64,000 nucleotides of DNA from Antedon mediterranea (Eukaryota > Animalia > Echinodermata), in the NCBI RefSeq assembly GCF_964355755.1, contig NC_092677.1:7462101-7526100 (forward strand), written 5' to 3'. Each line of letters opens with the position of its first letter. The first letter of the stretch is position 1. The translations under genes and the position numbers were made by a program. Below, piece by piece: positions 12,689-24,600 of this stretch. Under the pieces are notes generated by a model. That model worked only from the letters and a program-made list of their open reading frames with translations, did not search any database and was not told the DNA's origin.

Positions 12689-15600
12689 ATGTTGGTGCTC
12701 AGATTATTATTTTCAGCCCTTTTATATTCGAGATCATGGAATATTGTTTATGGTAAAAGTGATGATAAACTACTGCTGGTGAATGTGGTAAGTTGTCTCG
12801 GCAGTTAATAGCTTTGCTAATTGAGTATTTTAGCCTCAGTCTGATCAGCCTATTCTTCTGTCATGAATAGCTACCGTATATTTCGGTGTATAAGTCGCAC
12901 CTGTGTATAATACGCACTCCCTAACTGAGAGTAAAATATCGGTATTTTTTATATCGTCGATGTATAAGACGCACCTTATATTTCATCAAAACAATGTTTT
13001 TTTTAAATTTTAATCAATATTATTGTAATAATATATTTTGTTATATCTACAAGAGCGTGCTTTATTTAGGTTTTTTCTTACCTAGGCTCGACCACGCCCA
13101 GCCTCAACAAGTTGTTTCTAACTTGTTATTCATGAGTTTCGCACCCGCAACATCGAGTGCATGACCGTGTGTGGGCTAGCCTCGCTCGATCATTTCGAGA
13201 GGGCTCACGTTTTCACGGACAATTGTATTCGATTAGTATCTATGTATCCGAGAAGTGTGTACGCTAGGTCCATGCTATAATCACTTGGAGAATATTCTAG
13301 TCGAATACCGTTCGTTTCGGACTAAAATCGACTCTCTTCGGTATTCGGTAAAGTCAGCTCACTGATGCGTGACAACATAATACAAACATTTACAAACCGC
13401 GAGCTAATACCAAGAGCCTGGGACTTTTTCATAGACTAGCCTACCTTATACATTTAATAATCTAAATAGCAATCATATCGATATTTTTAATGATAGACTT
13501 GGTTATTTTAAGAGGACGATGATGTGTTCACTTCTTGAACAGTCTGCATAACCTGTTTTAATTGAAATTATTTATGGCATGCCAATCTATGTTTTATATA
13601 TATATATATATATATATTTTATCTGTATTTTATTGTTAACCGTTTTTGATGTTGTATTGTTTTATGTTTCAAACCTGTTAGTGGCGGTATTTATCGCTGT
13701 TGGTTTTGATTGAATAAAATAAAATAAAATAAAATAAAAATTCTTTGCTAATACTTTCACACAGGCTCTCAATCATAACAGTAAAATGAATCTACACTAA
13801 TACGAGTTTTGATGACATTAAGTAATAAATACTAGGCCTACTTAGTAATTACATTAAGAACCCAATAGCATATTGAAGATATTTAGGTCTACGACCCAAT
13901 AGTAGGTCGTATCAGATATTATTTTTTGAAGTTGAACCATGGAGGTATAAAATACCTCCATGGTTGAACGACCTTTTGTCACGAACGAGAGGCTCTTTTC
14001 TTATCGTTTATGGTATTGTGTAAGCCTATGCAAGGTATTACTTTTGAATTTAAAATGATTATGTACAGTAGGAATTCCTATGCACAGTGTATGTTTTTTA
14101 TACCTTTTAAAATAACATTATTAAATTAATATTTATATTGTAAGGTAATGGAAATTTTACGTTAAAGGTGTACGTATTAATTATCCCCAATCTTGAAAAA
14201 TAAAGATTTCAGACTTTTAATATAGGCAATTTTGGAGTTTTAATTAAGTTATAGGCCTACATTATTATGTGTATATGTAATTTGGAAAAGCATAAAAAAT
14301 ACATGCAAAGTAAAAAATATTCAATTACGGTACTGACACGACTGCAATAGTACAAATACATTTAATAAAACGCATTTTCCATGAAGCTTATAATTATATA
14401 AATAAATATAAATATTTGTAATCTTAGGTCTTGGGTCTTAGCTTTCGTGATCTTAGGTCTTAGGGGGTCTTAGCTTTCGTGACACCCTACTATCATCTTG
14501 TCATGAAGATCGGTTTTCTGTATTCCATATTCTTGATTTTATTTTTTTTATTATGGTTTCTGAAATAATTTTTTTTTTAAAATTGTTCATTTTAATTCGA
14601 AATTTTTACCGGCCAAGATATCAATAATTATTAAATTAACACAATATTAAACGCTTTATAAGCAAGCATGTGTTTCTATACATTACAACTTACAAGAATA
14701 CATGTTACTAATACTAGGCCTATAATTATGGAAAGCCAAACCCGCCAAAAATACATAATACATACCATCCACCAATAATTAATTCGTACAAAATTCAAAC
14801 CATCCAATATTATCTCATGCAGTTCAATGAAAACTTAAACCATTCACCTAGTATCTACACCATCCAATACAATGTGTGACCATCTACCACTAGCCCAAAC
14901 GACAATACGCCGAACAAACTACCCATAACACAAACCATCTAAAGAATGTTGAGCCCAGGCAGCAATAATTGAATTAATCTAACGTTAATACAAGTATATA
15001 TTAGCCAACTCATTTATCAACATTTCATGTAGTTCATGAACATTTCAAACAAAGCATCTTAATTTTAGTTCATCGAATTATAATTCTAATTCATTGCCTG
15101 TTTTATACACCGTTCGTCTGTTCAACAGTTGAAACAACTGTTTTGCACACGATACGCCCGTTCGTGAGTTCAAACCATGATATTTGAAGCATCGACTTTC
15201 CAAACAGCGATTTTTCGTACCGAACGTATTTTCTTGAGTTAAAGTGGTTGCATTTCAATCACTTGCTTTTGATTGGCCAGTATTACACACCGTTCGCTTG
15301 TTCGTGATTTCAAACCATGATATTTGAAGCATCGACTTTCCAAATGGCGATTTTTCGCACCGAACGTATTTTCTTGAGTTAAAGTGGTTGCATTTCAATC
15401 ACCTACTTTCGATTGGCCAGTATTACACACCATTCGCTTGTTCGTGATTTCATGTGATAACATTTCATTCGACAATTTTTCAAACGTTAGTTTTTGCCTC
15501 CGCTTACGTATATGTCAGTTGATATACTATTTTTTAATGTTCATACTTTCCATAGTCAGTTTTGTACATCATTCGCATTTACGCATGTAAAGTGTAGATA

Positions 15601-18600
15601 TTCCACTCGACAAGTTTTAAAACGGTAGTTTTTTTTTTATTGTTTAATTGTAACTGTTGGCGCCGATTTTATATTGGGGGGGGGGGGGAGGGGGAGGTGT
15701 TCGGTACTGAATTTGAACAGTACACATTTTTAAATATGGTACCTCTACACGTTGGGTTATTTAATGCATGATGAATAACAAAATAATTATGATTTAATAA
15801 CAATACACATGTTTTTATTTAATCCATGATAAATATTCGTAAAATATGTTTATTCGGATATTTATTAATTACGTCTCCACTATAGTCTATAAAACATAAT
15901 GAATGTCATTATTTAAAAAAAATAGGCCTACCCCGTAAACAAATGGAAGCTTCTCAACAACAGTTAATTTATGCATCATAGAGAGCACAGAGCAGAAAAT
16001 GGCTCTAGACCGGCCTCATCTAGCAGCCGCCGCACACGCCCGCCGCGTAGGGAGGGGAGAGAGAAGCACGACACCAGCTCTCTCTCTCCTCTGTCTCTCC
16101 CCCACAGGCGGGCGAGGTGGGTGTTATACCCCGGGCCTAGTTGTGGGGCGTAAAATTGTAACAGGCCCACAAGCTAAATTATATTATTTCATTCTGTTTT
16201 TTTTCCATTATTTAAGTTTGTGATAATGTGTGTAACCAGGGAGATGTAAAATAAATTTATAAATTAGTTTACATCTCCCTGACCTGTGTGTGTAACGTAG
16301 GCCTAGGCCTAAGTAAGTGTCATACAGTCGTAAAGTTGACATTCATCCCCCGCCCCTCAATATTAAATCGGCGCCAACAGTTACAATTTAACAATAAAAC
16401 AATAAATGTGCGAAAAACTACCGTTTAAAACTTGTCGAGTGGAATATCTACACTTTACATGCGTAAATGCGAATGATGTACAAAACTGACTATGGAAAGT
16501 ATGAAAATTAAAAAATAGTATATCAACTGACATATACGTAAGCAGAATCAAAAACTAACGTTTGAAAAATTGTCGAATGAAATGTTATCACATGAAATCA
16601 CGAACAAGCGAACGGTGTGTAATACTGGCCAATCAAAAGCAAGTGATTGAAATGCAAACACTTTAACTCAAGAAAATACGTTCGGTGCGAAAAATCGCTG
16701 TTTGGAAAGTCGATGCTTCAAATATCATGGTTTGAACTCACGAACGGGCGTATCGTGTGCAAAACAGTTGTTTCAACTGTTGAACAGACGAACGGTGTAT
16801 AAAACAGGCAATGAATTAGAATTATAATTCGATGAACTAAAATTAAGATGCTTTGTTTGAAATGTTCATGAACTACATGAAATGTTGATAAATGAGTTGG
16901 CTAATATATACTTGTATTAACGTTAGATTAATTCAATTATTGCTGCCTGGGCTCAACATTCTTTAGATGGTTTGTGTTATGGGTAGTTTGTTCGGCGTAT
17001 TGTCGTTTGGGCTAGTGGTAGATGGTCACACATTGTATTGGATGGTGTAGATACTAGGTGAATGGTTTAAGTTTTCATTGAACTGCATGAGATAATATTG
17101 GATGGTTTGAATTTTGTACGAATTAATTATTGGTGGATGGTATGTATTATGTATTTTTGGCGGGTTTGGCTTTCCATATATAATGTATACAATTTTTCAA
17201 ATGTTACACTTCTGTTAGTGTTACTTCTGTACATATAATTTCTAACCTACTACTGTACTTCATTTTATTAAAATAAAAAATAGTACTGTAGATGGAAATG
17301 TACTACATTGAATTTGAAGCACACGTAGCGTAGTGCTAGGCTAGCTAGGCCTTGCTTGTGACGACCAACAAAGTGCTGCTGCTGTATGTGTGTTACTGTT
17401 TGTGAATCTGATGGTACATACAGACGTTCCAACCTAAATGAATAAAAAATCGGGAGGGTATACTGCCACCAACGTTAACACTGTGATGTCTGTCGCCACC
17501 AACGTTCAATAATAAAACTATACTGTACTACCAACACGAATCTTAAGACAGCTCTTTGCAAATCAGAGTAATACAAACAAAAAGAAAAGAACTTGTTTGG
17601 TGATTATAAATCAAACTTTATTTACTAAATTTATATTGTTGTATACACTTAAATAAAAAACCATTCACAGTACAAATCAAATCTGTACTTAGTTGTATTA
17701 ATTCAAAAATACAAATTAAAACAAACAACTTGTGGAGTGTACAGCACCATCGTTGATTCCTCCCTGTGAGCATGACAAATTCACGTTACAAATAGTGCAA
17801 AAAAACTTGTATTCACTCTCGGTAACGTGTTGATTACTCGCACTAACAAACGGAAACGTATTTTTCCATTCATTAGAAAATCTAGTTTTATATTTTTTCT
17901 TTTTACAACTTTCTTTAGTCAAACTACGCTACTACGTTTTTCCGACATACTGTAAAACCAGAAAATGTCACGAGTGATTGCAATTCGCGAAAGTATGTAC
18001 GCAAAATACAGTACTACAAGTACTTTTCCGGTACATGCGCAGTGAGAATACATACAGTACTGTACGATGGTACGATCGATGCCTGGGCATTGGAATTGGG
18101 TCAAAGAACTTGTAACTAGCAATTTCAGTACACGCGCGCCTACTACTGATGCTGTAGATTCATCGCGTACTGTCGGTAAACACAAAGGACGTCGCATAGT
18201 ACTACTACTACTACACTGACGATGATGCCTTCCCTGGGCGCGATTTTTTTTTTCGTACATAAGTTGGGGACCCCCTCATGAAACGTCACAAAATAAACAT
18301 GAATAATTCATCAGTTAAATTTTCTTGTTCCGTGTGCACCCAAGCGTATAGCAACAAGAAGTGACAGTAGTTTACACAAGTGCGGTACGATTCTAGGCCT
18401 ATCTCCGCTGTGGTTGCCGCGTGCGATTTCATAATAGAATAGCGGCGTTTTGTGTGGATTGTCGAAATAATCAGCCTTTAGTTTATGGTGTGTTTAATAT
18501 AATTTATTACTAAAGAATTATGTGTTAAAATTATAGTTTCTATTGATACTATTAGGCCTAATTACTATTCTCTAAACCCATGTCTATTCTAGTAGTAGCT

Positions 18601-21600
18601 GTGTTGGTGTGTGTGACGTGTGTGTGTTAGAGTCAGCAAAATTAAACAATATAACATTACACCAAAATACATTTTTTATTCTCGTGGGTCTAACCTTCCC
18701 ATCTCATGTGTTCATATACGCGCAGTTCCTTTGATTACATGCATATTGTTTGATAATAAAATAGCAGAATTAAAAAAATACAGTACACAAATTATACACA
18801 TTCTTTATTCTTGTGGGTCTAACGCCCGTATTCTTAAACCGGACTTTAGTCGTAGTTCGAAGTTCGACTTGAAAAAGTCGTAGTTCGAGCTATTACTTCA
18901 AATTCGATTCAAAAACGAAGTAGTCGAAGTTTGCAGTTCGACTTAATGAAGTCGAGCTTTTAGTCGAGTTGCACACGTCTGGGTAACAAAGGCTAAACAT
19001 TGGCCAATGACAAGAGAGTATTTGAGGAGCAGACGAAATTTTGCGCATTGATATCACTTTCCATTTTCTTACAAAACTTTTTACGCATCAGGACTATATA
19101 AATGAAAAATAATTTTAATCGTTAATTATTAGAACAAGATCAGTATTAATTTAACAGTGAAGTACTTTTGATTAACAACAAACAAAATCTTCAAAATATA
19201 TTTAGGAACCATGGCGGTACGGTAACTTTAATATTTTCTAGGCCTCCAACAAAGTATGATCGCGATGAACCACGCACTTACTAGCGTGACAAGAAAGCGC
19301 TAGGCCCCCTAAACATTCCATCGCGTGGTGAATTGCCGCATCTCCCATTGTCGCTACGGCGTGAGGTCGTTCAAGTCGGACTTGCGCGAAGAAAATAATG
19401 TAATTTGTATACAGTTGTAAATAAAGATGATTTTCATTATTATAATTTATACCAATGTATATTTAATTAAGCTAATATAAATATAGATATTTCATTCTTC
19501 AATATCTGGCCAATATAACAACTCAATGACTGTTACGTTTTTTATAAACATCGTTTAAAAAACATTTAGTCGACCATTTAGTCTGCCCCCTCCAGGACTA
19601 AAAAAAATCGATCAAAATCCGTCTCGATTTAGTCGAGGTTGGCCTGATTTAGTCGGTGATTTAGTTGAAGTTCGGTTTATGAATTAAAATGACGTCATTT
19701 TTTTAGTTTTAGCTCGAACTACGACTAAAGTCCGGTTTAAGAATACGGGCGTAAACTTTCTTTGGGCTATGTCCAATGAATTACTACTTAGTGTAATGTC
19801 TTGCCTAGCAGTCGATCGGATTAGCCTCGACTCGACACATTTTGCATAGTGGTGTGTGTGTGTGTGAAGAAGAGTGCGCGAAGGCAATCACGTGAATTGA
19901 CTTAGAATCCTAGGCCTACTCAGTTCACTATAATATCTCTATGGCCTACTGTAAAAGTATCGTATCGCAGTTGTGTAATCACTTCTTGTTGCTATACGCT
20001 TCTTGGGTGCACACGGAACAAGACAATTTAACTGATGAATTATTCATGTTTATTTTGTGACGTTTCTCATGAGGGGGTCCCCAACTTATGTACGAAAAAA
20101 AAAATCGCTCCCTGGGCATGGGAATTAGGTCAAACTTGTAACCAGGAAAAAGTTTCAGTACACGTGCGCCTACTCTACTCTTCATCGCTAAAGGTAAGAA
20201 TCGCGTACTGTCGGTAAACACAAAGGACGTCGCCTTACAGTACACTGTACTATGCTATACAATCTTTACATACATTACATGTTCGTTGTATCATGGTGGA
20301 GGTACGTACGAAGTGTGAGATTAAATTAATTTGTAATATTAACTTTCGTGGGAAGATAGATTTTAATTTAATGCAATAATACTGAATTTTATAGAAATGT
20401 GTGAAATCGGGAGATATATTTAAAATTCGGGAGACCGGGAGGTGATGTTAAAATTCGGGAGACTCCCGAATAAATCGGGAGGGTTGGAACGTCTGTACAT
20501 ACATTGGTTTGTGGCTGCCTATACAGTATTATATTATTAAAATTCTAGGCCTATTATTAATATTACAATGACGTTCAGTACTAATATTAATATTTATTAT
20601 TATATTTACAGTGAGTATAGTATTAGCCTCTAGTAGTATGTACAGTATAAATCTGTCACTCGTGAAAAAAAAAGCTGCTCACGTTTTGTCTTTTGTGGTT
20701 GCTGTCACGCATCAGTGAGCATCGGTGGCTTACCGAAGAGTCGATTGAGTCCGAAACGAACCGATGGAGGAACTCTCGTACGGAAAAAAAAATCGCCCCC
20801 TGGATACGGGCCTGTTATCGGAGCGCCTAAAACAGCTCCATAATAAACAAATCTTTTCATCATATTTAGTATAACATCACGCTAAAATGTCTTGAAAACT
20901 AGGCAGAAGCAGGTTGCCGTTACGTTAGTACACTGTATGTAGCTAGGCCTAGCCTTCTCAGGCCTAGCCAACGAGGTGACGATATTTACACTCTGTGTGG
21001 TGAGGCATTTTATGTTCGGTGTATAAGACGCACCCTTAATTTAGAGGTCAAATTTGCGTGTCAAAAGTGCGACTTATACACCAAAATATACGGTCGGTAG
21101 CTAGGCTTGGCATAGGCCTAGTCTGATTGTTTAGCGGATGCCGATTGCGGGTCAGTCTAATTACCGAAACAACCGAAAACAAACCGAAAACAAACCGAAA
21201 ACAAACCGAAAACAGACCGAAAAAAAAAATTAAAAAAATCTAAATACCGAAAACAAATTTTGTATAATATTTTTGTTAATGTCGCCCTCTATTGATGGGT
21301 GTTTCTAAAGCTAAGACCATACAGGGGCGCAAAAGTCATGGAAGACCCTAATAAGAAATGGTAGTGTGCACAAAATACAACTCAAAATCGTACAAATTCA
21401 ATGAAATACACCGTAGACTACATTTACTTACAAAATCTATCAACACATTTCGTTTTTAGTCTTTTAAAAAACAAAGCATGATTTTACCTAACTTTGCGTT
21501 TTCGTCCCCGGTTTTCGTCACTGAAGCGATTAAGGATAAAAACGTTATTTACTCGACTACGGTAATTTTACTGAATAGATTTTATTGTGAATCCTTTATA

Positions 21601-24600
21601 GTGAGCTTGTTTTAAGTATACTTTATAGTCCCTAGTATCTTTGTATAATTATCTTTGAAAATCTATAATTAAATCGATCATGATTAACCATAGTCAATTT
21701 ACTTTCTATACTATGGATTAACATATTGTAACGAAAATCCACTCGGGTTCGTTCCCTTTTGGGGGGAGGGGTCTGCGGTACCACGGTACCACGGTACACT
21801 CAAATGAAACAAACAAATCAATTACAATTACTGGAGTGACCTCCTTTATTCTTCTTTGATTCCAAATTATTGGTAACAACCAATTATAATAATTAATTAG
21901 ATTAGTTCTGCTATTACGCCGGACTTGAAACAACAGCGTAACCACCAGTAGTCTTAACCACTGGCTAATAGGTGTACCCACCAGCAAAGCAGTATCACAA
22001 CCACAGGGTGTACCACGGGCTAACTGTATCTCAAGCAGTAACACAACCAGTAGGTGAGACCTCCGGCTCAGCTATCTCAAATAGTGATACAACCAGTACA
22101 GTAGGCGCAACCTCCGGCTCACTATGTCTCAAATAGTGATACAACCAGTACAGTAGGCGCAACCTCCGGCTCACTATGTCTCAAATAGCAGCACAAGCGG
22201 TAGGCTGTACCCTCCGGCTAACTTACTTGCTGTGTCTTAACTCTCCTTTTATTATTCAGCTCTAATTTTCTCTTTCTTTTCTCTAATCTTCTCTACACTT
22301 TGTTTTCCAATTTCTCTAATGTCCCTACTTATTTAACACGTCTTCTCCCTGCTTCTCCGCTTTTCCAGCTCCAATCTCTCCCTCCTTTTTAACGCAGCTC
22401 GAGGTAACCCTCCATTGCCTTCCTTCTCCAATCCCTCTCTGCCCTTTTTCCTCACGTCCGTTCTCTGCTACTCTTCCTGCCTAACTCTGCCTCCATCTGG
22501 CGCCCTCTATATTTTCCTTCTACCCCAAAATCATTATATTACCCCCTCCCTAAAATGATCGGTCCCCGATAATGATCCAAAACGAACAATCAAAAAAATA
22601 AACAAAGCAAAAGTAAAGTCCTAAGTTTTAAGAATCCCTCGACTTCAACACACAGGTTCTGGGTTGCTCCTTCGTGCGAGTCATTTCTTCCGCAACACGA
22701 CCAATCCCACCGCTGCCACCAATGTAACGAAAATCCACTCGGGTTCGTTCCCTTTTGGGGGGAGGGGTCTGCGGTACCACGGTACACTCAAATGAAACAA
22801 ACAAATCAATTACAATTACTGGAGTGACCTCCTTTATTCTTCTTTGATTCCAAATTATTGGTAACAACCGATTATAATAATTAATTCGATTAGTTCTGCT
22901 TGAAACAACAGCGTAACCACCAGTAATGACGTAACTTCCAATAGTAGCGTAACCACCAACAGCAGCGTAACCTCCAACATGCACGTAACCACCAACAATG
23001 GTGTAACCTCCAACAGCACGTAACCACAGGGAATAATTTCGCCAGTGTAGCATAGCAAAAAGCTATACAAAACAACCTTATTGCTACACATTTCTAAAAT
23101 TGTGTAGCAACAATACAAAACTATGTTTCTCGCCTAAAAATCAGTTTGATTAGCAATAATTGCTAAACAAAATTTTAAAATGAAATTTTTCCCTGAACCA
23201 CCAACAATGGTGTAACCTCCAACAGCACGTAACCACCAACAATGGTGTAACCTCCACAGCAACGTAACTACCAACAATGGTGTAACCTCCACAGCAACGT
23301 AACCACCAACGATGGTGTAACCTCCACAGCAACGTAACCACCAACAATGTGTAACCTCCAACAGCAACGTAGCCACCAACAACAGTGTAATCTTCAACAG
23401 CAACGTACACCAACACAATATGATGTAACCTCTAACAGCAACGTAGCCACCAACAATGGTGTAACCTCCACAGCACGTAACCACGTACCGGCTAACAGGG
23501 TAACCACTGCCGCCCTCTATATTTTCCTTCTACCCCAAAATCATTACAATATTCACAATTATTGTAAGGAGTATAATGCGCTGGATTCAGGATCAAAAAT
23601 CGAAAGACTAAAATTTAAATATTTTTATAGATTCTGTAAGTAAATGCGATGTTATCATTGATTGATTGCACGATTTTTAGTTGTATTTTGTGCACACTAC
23701 CATAGGGTCTTCCTTGGCTTTTTTGCGGTTTTGTCTCTGTTATGGTCTTAGATTTAGAAACACCCAGTAATAGGGGGCGACATTTAAAAAATATTATACA
23801 AATTTGTTTTCGGTATTTAGATTATTGGTTATCCGCAACATAGTTGCAGGATAACCCATGTGATTGTAAATATCTTTTTTTTTCATCATCTTTGTTCTTC
23901 TTTCTTTCCCTGATTTTTGTGAGCAGCATATCCCCTATTGCTTGTGAATATATCTTTTGTATAACTTTGTCATTATATGGACATTTATCTGAAGTTGTGC
24001 ACCTCCATATTTTGAATGACGTCAGAGTTGCGCAACGTAACTTACGCGCGATTTTATGAATTTCAATGATTGATCATAGGATAAAAAATGAAAGTCATTT
24101 TGTATTGACATTTGGTGAATATTTAAGGCAAACTTTCTATGGATTAAAAATGGCATGTTTTACAAGAAGTTACGCGCGCACGCGCATTTAAAGTTTCAAA
24201 ATGCGCAAAATTAATTTCTAATAAACTTTCTGCGGTGATCATGACATTTTGAGCATGTCAAAAATTACCGCGCACGCGAAAAATTTTACGCGTAAGGTGC
24301 GCACGGAGCATGAAAAAATATGTTTTTTTCTCTTGAATTGTGATTTTCCAGCATTTCCTAGTCATTTAAAAAAGGATTGACATCATTGCAAATTAAAATG
24401 ACGTCATACGAACACGTTGATTTATACCAATTGCGCCCGTTTTAGTTGAAAAAGTTATAAAATATTGTCAAAATAATGCCTATTTTGAATCTATTATAGC
24501 TCTTCAGGATCAATGGTGACCCCCAATTGTTTTAACTTATTATGTAAGAAAATAAATTGTAGATATGAATTCATACAAAATTTTTACCTCTCGGATGTTA

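Larger units (their letters stand above)
17421..20495 (-). mobile_element. hAT-like deletion derivative with a BED-type zinc-finger remnant
   Basis: TIR CAGACGTTCCAACC / GGTTGGAACGTCTG, subterminal TCGGGAG repeats, TSD TACATA (or GTACATAC if the ends are 1 bp shorter). ORF 17716-17922 reads [14 protein letters not shown]...[18 protein letters not shown]...H. Confidence 0.75.
12874..21093. mobile_element. Tc1/mariner-pogo-type non-autonomous element hosting nested insertions
   Basis: TA|CCGTATATTTCGGTGTATAAGTCGCAC ... GTGCGACTTATACACCAAAATATACGG. Subterminal TGTATAAGACGCAC repeats occur at both ends. Confidence 0.75.

Noticed and set aside
14162-14215. Kolobok-like end (TTAA|AGG...)
   Set aside because: No matching opposite terminus was found, so it could not be supported.
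15971-16223. GC-rich short ORFs or a promoter island
   Set aside because: This is the spacer of the foldback element and shows no recognisable protein motif.
21718-23643. Repetitive hydrophobic ORFs (VVGGY/LLLEVT repeats)
   Set aside because: These are translations of LTR minisatellite open in several frames, with no domain or splice support.
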